Shown here piece after piece: positions 60,876-64,000 of a stretch of DNA of 64,000 bases. Source of the DNA: a bacterium (lineage in GTDB: Bacteria > UBA8248); assembly GCA_965213625.1 (NCBI GenBank), contig CBDBZU010000004.1, forward strand, positions 2,240,001 through 2,304,000. The letters run 5' to 3'. The notes below the pieces were generated by a model, which worked only from the letters and a program-made list of their open reading frames with translations, ran no database searches and was not told the origin of the DNA. The position numbers and the translations under genes are program-made. Numbering within the stretch: the first letter of the stretch is position 1; each line of letters begins with the position of its first letter.

Positions 60876-61268
60876 TTATGACCTTTTCAGCAGCTCGATG
60901 CTGACGCCATCGGGCGCCTCGATGAAGGCGATCTGTGTCGTCGGGTTGAATTGTACCGGTTCGACGGTGAATTTCACGCCCTTTTGCTTGAGGTCGTCGC
61001 AATAGGCCTGAAAATCGCCTGCGATCTGGAAGGCGAAATGATCCGTCCCCCATTCGAGGCCGCCCTTGGCTCCGGCGCTCTCGCCCGTTCGCTCACCGCG
61101 GACGATGACCGTGGCGCCGTTGAATCTTACGGGAATCTGAGGCGCGCCCTTGAACACGACGCCCTCTCCGCGCGCGCCGCCCAGATTCTCGACGAACCAG
61201 TTCACGCTCGCCTCCGGGTCTTTGCTGATGACGTGCACGTGATCGAATACGATGTCGGCTGAACTCAT
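60876..61268 (-). CDS. VOC (glyoxalase-like) protein
   Basis: FDHVH, DHFAF, F..PDG..IEL. Confidence 0.85.
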   Translation of the reverse strand: MSSADIVFDHVHVISKDPEASVNWFVENLGGARGEGVVFKGAPQIPVRFNGATVIVRGERTGESAGAKGGLEWGTDHFAFQIAGDFQAYCDDLKQKGVKFTVEPVQFNPTTQIAFIEAPDGVSIELLKRS

Positions 61269-61379
61269 TTCATGACTCCTGTCTCTTTTGACCATTTCAG
61301 GTCGTTTTTATCGATTAGCCTTCCCGGGACGCGCGATAAGAATCGCGCGCGCCGAATTCATCCAGCTGCTCATTGTTAT

Positions 61380-62030
61380 TTAACCTTCCCAGGTGACGTC
61401 CCCGAATTCATCAGGCGCAGGTCTTCCTGCGGCCCGGAAACCGGCGACTTCCGCCTTGCTCTGCGCGACGGTGCTGTTCGCCCCGTGGCCGGGGTAGAGA
61501 ACGGTATCATCCGGCAGGGCGAAAACCTTGTTCTCGATGGAATCGAGCGACGTGAGCAATTGCCCGTGGTTCCAGGTCTTTCCGGGGCCGCCGGGGAAAA
61601 TCGTATCCCCGCAAACGCAGTGGCCCGGGTAGAGGAACATCAGCATGCCCTTGCAGTGGCCGGGCGTGTGGATGGCCTTGAGGGTGATTTCGCCGAAAGT
61701 TATCTCTTCGCCGTCCGCGATGGTGAAATCGGGGCTGATGCCGAACTCTTTGGCGTCCTCGGCGTGCTGGCCCAGGGGCGCGCCCGTGCTGCTTCGCACT
61801 TCATCGAGCGCGTCGATGTGGTCGCCGTGGCAATGGGTCTGTAGAATGTACCTGGGCGTGGCGCCTTCGCACGCGGCGAGAATCGGCTCGGCGGAATGGG
61901 AAGTGTCGATGATGACGCACTCTTTCGTCGCCTTGCACGTCAGCACGTACACGTTGTTGCTGTAGGGGCCGATGTTGAGTTTTTGAAAATCGAGTGCGGG
62001 AAGGTCCACTCTCTGGTCGAATTCACCCAT
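61380..62030 (-). CDS. MBL-fold metallohydrolase (glyoxalase II-like)
   Basis: THCHGDH, HTPGH, GDTIF, YPGHG. Confidence 0.92.
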   Translation of the reverse strand: MGEFDQRVDLPALDFQKLNIGPYSNNVYVLTCKATKECVIIDTSHSAEPILAACEGATPRYILQTHCHGDHIDALDEVRSSTGAPLGQHAEDAKEFGISPDFTIADGEEITFGEITLKAIHTPGHCKGMLMFLYPGHCVCGDTIFPGGPGKTWNHGQLLTSLDSIENKVFALPDDTVLYPGHGANSTVAQSKAEVAGFRAAGRPAPDEFGDVTWEG

Positions 62031-62126
62031 GTCGTTTTCTCTCCTTTGTCTGGTGAAGACCTGTGTTCATGAAGACGAGGTGACAGGAAACTTTACTGCC
62101 TTATCCGGGCAGACCACAACTGCAAG

Positions 62127-62813
62127 GTGAGAATTTTCGTGGACAAACCCTTCGTATACGCGAACCTGGCGATGACGCTCGACGGGAAAATCGCAGGCCG
62201 CGACCGCGCGGATTTCTCCTTAGGATCCAAAGCGGATCGCCTGGAGATGGATCGCTTGAGAGTGGGTGCGGACGCCGTGATATGGGGCGGCGAGACGCTC
62301 AGGACGGCGCGCCACCCCGCGCGGGTGCGCGAGGAATCCCTGGTCCGCGAGCGCGTGGAACGCGGCCTGCCGCCGCACCCGGCGAACGCCGTGATCACGA
62401 AAAGCGGCGATTTCCCGAAAAATTTGCCGTGGTTCGAGACGGATGAGATTGAGCGGTTCATATTCACCGCGCCTGAGGGTGCGCGCAGCTTAGAAGAAGC
62501 CCACACGGGAAACGCGCGAATCGTGGTTCTGGACGAGGCGGAATCCCTCGCCGGACAGGTGCTGGGCCACCTGGGGGAGTGCGGGATGAAGCGCGTGCTT
62601 CTTGAGGGCGGTGGTTCCCTGGTATGGGAGTTCGCCCGGCATATCGATGTGTTTCACGTGACGCTCACCCCCTGGCTGGCGGGGGGCGCATCCGCACCGA
62701 CGCTCATGGACGGGCTAGGTTTTCCCTCGAGTGAGTTTCTGGGGCTCGCGCTCGAGGAGGCACGCAGAGAAGGGGATGAGCTGTTCCTGCGCTACAAGGC
62801 GAAGGATGTGTGA
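62127..62813 (+). CDS. RibD C-terminal / dihydrofolate reductase-like protein
   Basis: AMTLDGKI, D..LR..ADA, LEGGG.L, APTL. Confidence 0.85.
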   Translation: MRIFVDKPFVYANLAMTLDGKIAGRDRADFSLGSKADRLEMDRLRVGADAVIWGGETLRTARHPARVREESLVRERVERGLPPHPANAVITKSGDFPKNLPWFETDEIERFIFTAPEGARSLEEAHTGNARIVVLDEAESLAGQVLGHLGECGMKRVLLEGGGSLVWEFARHIDVFHVTLTPWLAGGASAPTLMDGLGFPSSEFLGLALEEARREGDELFLRYKAKDV

Positions 62814-62843
62814 CGGCGGTGGTCAATTTCGAGTGAGGGGTTT

Positions 62844-63171
62844 GTAGGGACAGGCTCCAGTGCCTGTCCGAGGCCTCCGTGCCTGTCCTGAGCAGGGATA
62901 ACCACAGGGGGAGAAGGCAACCCAAAAAGGTTGTCCCTCTGCATTTTCAAGGGTCCTCTCTCGGGTCGCCGCCCGTCCCTGCAAGGAAACCACAAGACTA
63001 TCTTTTCCGATCGCGTCCGACCTCCGCCCATCATTCCGTATTCGTGGTGTAGGGGTCGCATATATGCGACCCGCCTTTTTCGCCGTCCGGAATACGGGTC
63101 GCATGATATGCGACCCCTACAATAAAAACCTCGAATAGCGACCGTAGGGACAGGTCGCGACCTGTCCCTAC
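62844..63171. repeat. Cluster of GTAG-type REP/REPIN palindromes
   Basis: 62844 GTAGGGACAGGCTCCAGTGCCTGTCC; inverted pair 63049-63120; perfect 28-bp palindrome 63144-63171. Confidence 0.8.
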
Positions 63172-63332
63172 CATAAATCCTGCAACCCTCATTCTGTGGT
63201 CTTTTCCACCAACCCCCCACCGCGCGGATTGAACCACCACCGCGCCGTGTGGTACTCATGGAAGTCTAAAAATCATGTTCTCATGACATTCCAACGGTTG
63301 CATTGCGATGATGTCGCCGGGAGGAGGAAGCC

Positions 63333-64000
63333 GTGGCCACCAGGGCGAAGCGAAGATCGGCAAAACCGAAAAGGTTGACGAAAAAGGACTTGAACGCGAT
63401 GTACCGCAACATGCTGCGGATCCGCCGCTTCGAGGAGAAGACGGACGAGTTCTTCATGGCGGGCCGGGTGAAGGGTGCGGTTCACGTGAGTATCGGGCAG
63501 GAGGCGTGCTCGGTCGGCGTCTGCACGGCCTTGAACGATGAGGACGCCATTTTGACCACCCACCGGGGCCACGGGCACTCCATCGCCAAGGGCACCCGGA
63601 TGCCCGAGATGATGGCCGAGTTGCTCGGCAAGTCCACGGGCCTCTGCAAGGCGCGCGGCGGCTCCATGCACATTGCCGACATCTCGAAGGGCCACTACGG
63701 CGCGCACTCCATCGTGGGGGCGAACATGCCGATGGCGACGGGCATGGGCCTCGCCTATCAACTGGAAGGAACGGGCCGGGTGGCGGTGGTCTTCTTCGGC
63801 GACGGCGCCTCGAACCAGGGCAGTTTTCATGAGTCGATGAACCTGTGCGCCATCTGGAAGCTGCCGGTCATCTTCTTCTGCGAGAACAACCACTACGCGG
63901 TGAGCTACCACGTGGAGCGCTCCACGTCCGTCAAGGACATCAGCGTGCGCGCGCAGGGCTACAACGCCCCCGGCGTGACGGTGGACGGCATGGACGTGGT
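63333..64000 (+). CDS. TPP-dependent dehydrogenase E1 alpha subunit (AcoA/PdhA-like), 3' truncated
   Basis: Translated by hand: GGAGGAGG RBS, GTG start, MLRIRRFEE, H..IGQEA, THRGHGH, GGSMH, FGDGA..ENN. Confidence 0.92.
   Translation, partial: MATRAKRRSAKPKRLTKKDLNAMYRNMLRIRRFEEKTDEFFMAGRVKGAVHVSIGQEACSVGVCTALNDEDAILTTHRGHGHSIAKGTRMPEMMAELLGKSTGLCKARGGSMHIADISKGHYGAHSIVGANMPMATGMGLAYQLEGTGRVAVVFFGDGASNQGSFHESMNLCAIWKLPVIFFCENNHYAVSYHVERSTSVKDISVRAQGYNAPGVTVDGMDV

Noticed and set aside
62844-63171. CRISPR array
   Set aside because: Repeats are non-identical, inverted and irregularly spaced; no cas genes
49134-64000. Genomic island integrated at tRNA-Asp
   Set aside because: Gene content turns accessory, but no integrase, no repeat of the tRNA 3' end and no clear compositional shift were seen in the window

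Overview
GC-rich bacterial chromosomal window with a diderm, deltaproteobacterium/Nitrospinota-like gene order (lineage is inference only). Bases 1-49.2 kb are housekeeping genes, all on the + strand: prfA-prmC-murA, a his operon lacking hisC, mutS2-dnaG-rpoD-tRNA(CAT), Zn-ribbon-RNase HI-rnpB, ilvA-purH-folC-folP, TSUP-panE-panB, a degenerate cobS, the dcw cluster lacking ddl, pgeF-yggS-proC-yggT-divIVA-yggU, mtnA and tRNA-Asp. Bases 49.2-64 kb look accessory: a NitT/TauT-type ABC system with two tandem paralogous binding proteins, a class III CoA-transferase plus cupin, an FGE-like protein without catalytic Cys, an orphan membrane peptide, a periplasmic redox operon, VOC and MBL enzymes, a RibD-C protein and a partial TPP-dependent E1 alpha. 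The two most notable items are (1) the redox operon, built on a diheme peroxidase with the MauG-type Tyr at the heme-ligand position plus two cytochromes c and a YVTN propeller, and (2) a family of GGGTTGTTGAAA-ended miniature elements carrying palindromic cargo, where the inner cassette is flipped between two copies. GTAG-type REP/REPIN clusters are also present. No integrase, transposase, CRISPR array or reverse transcriptase was seen.
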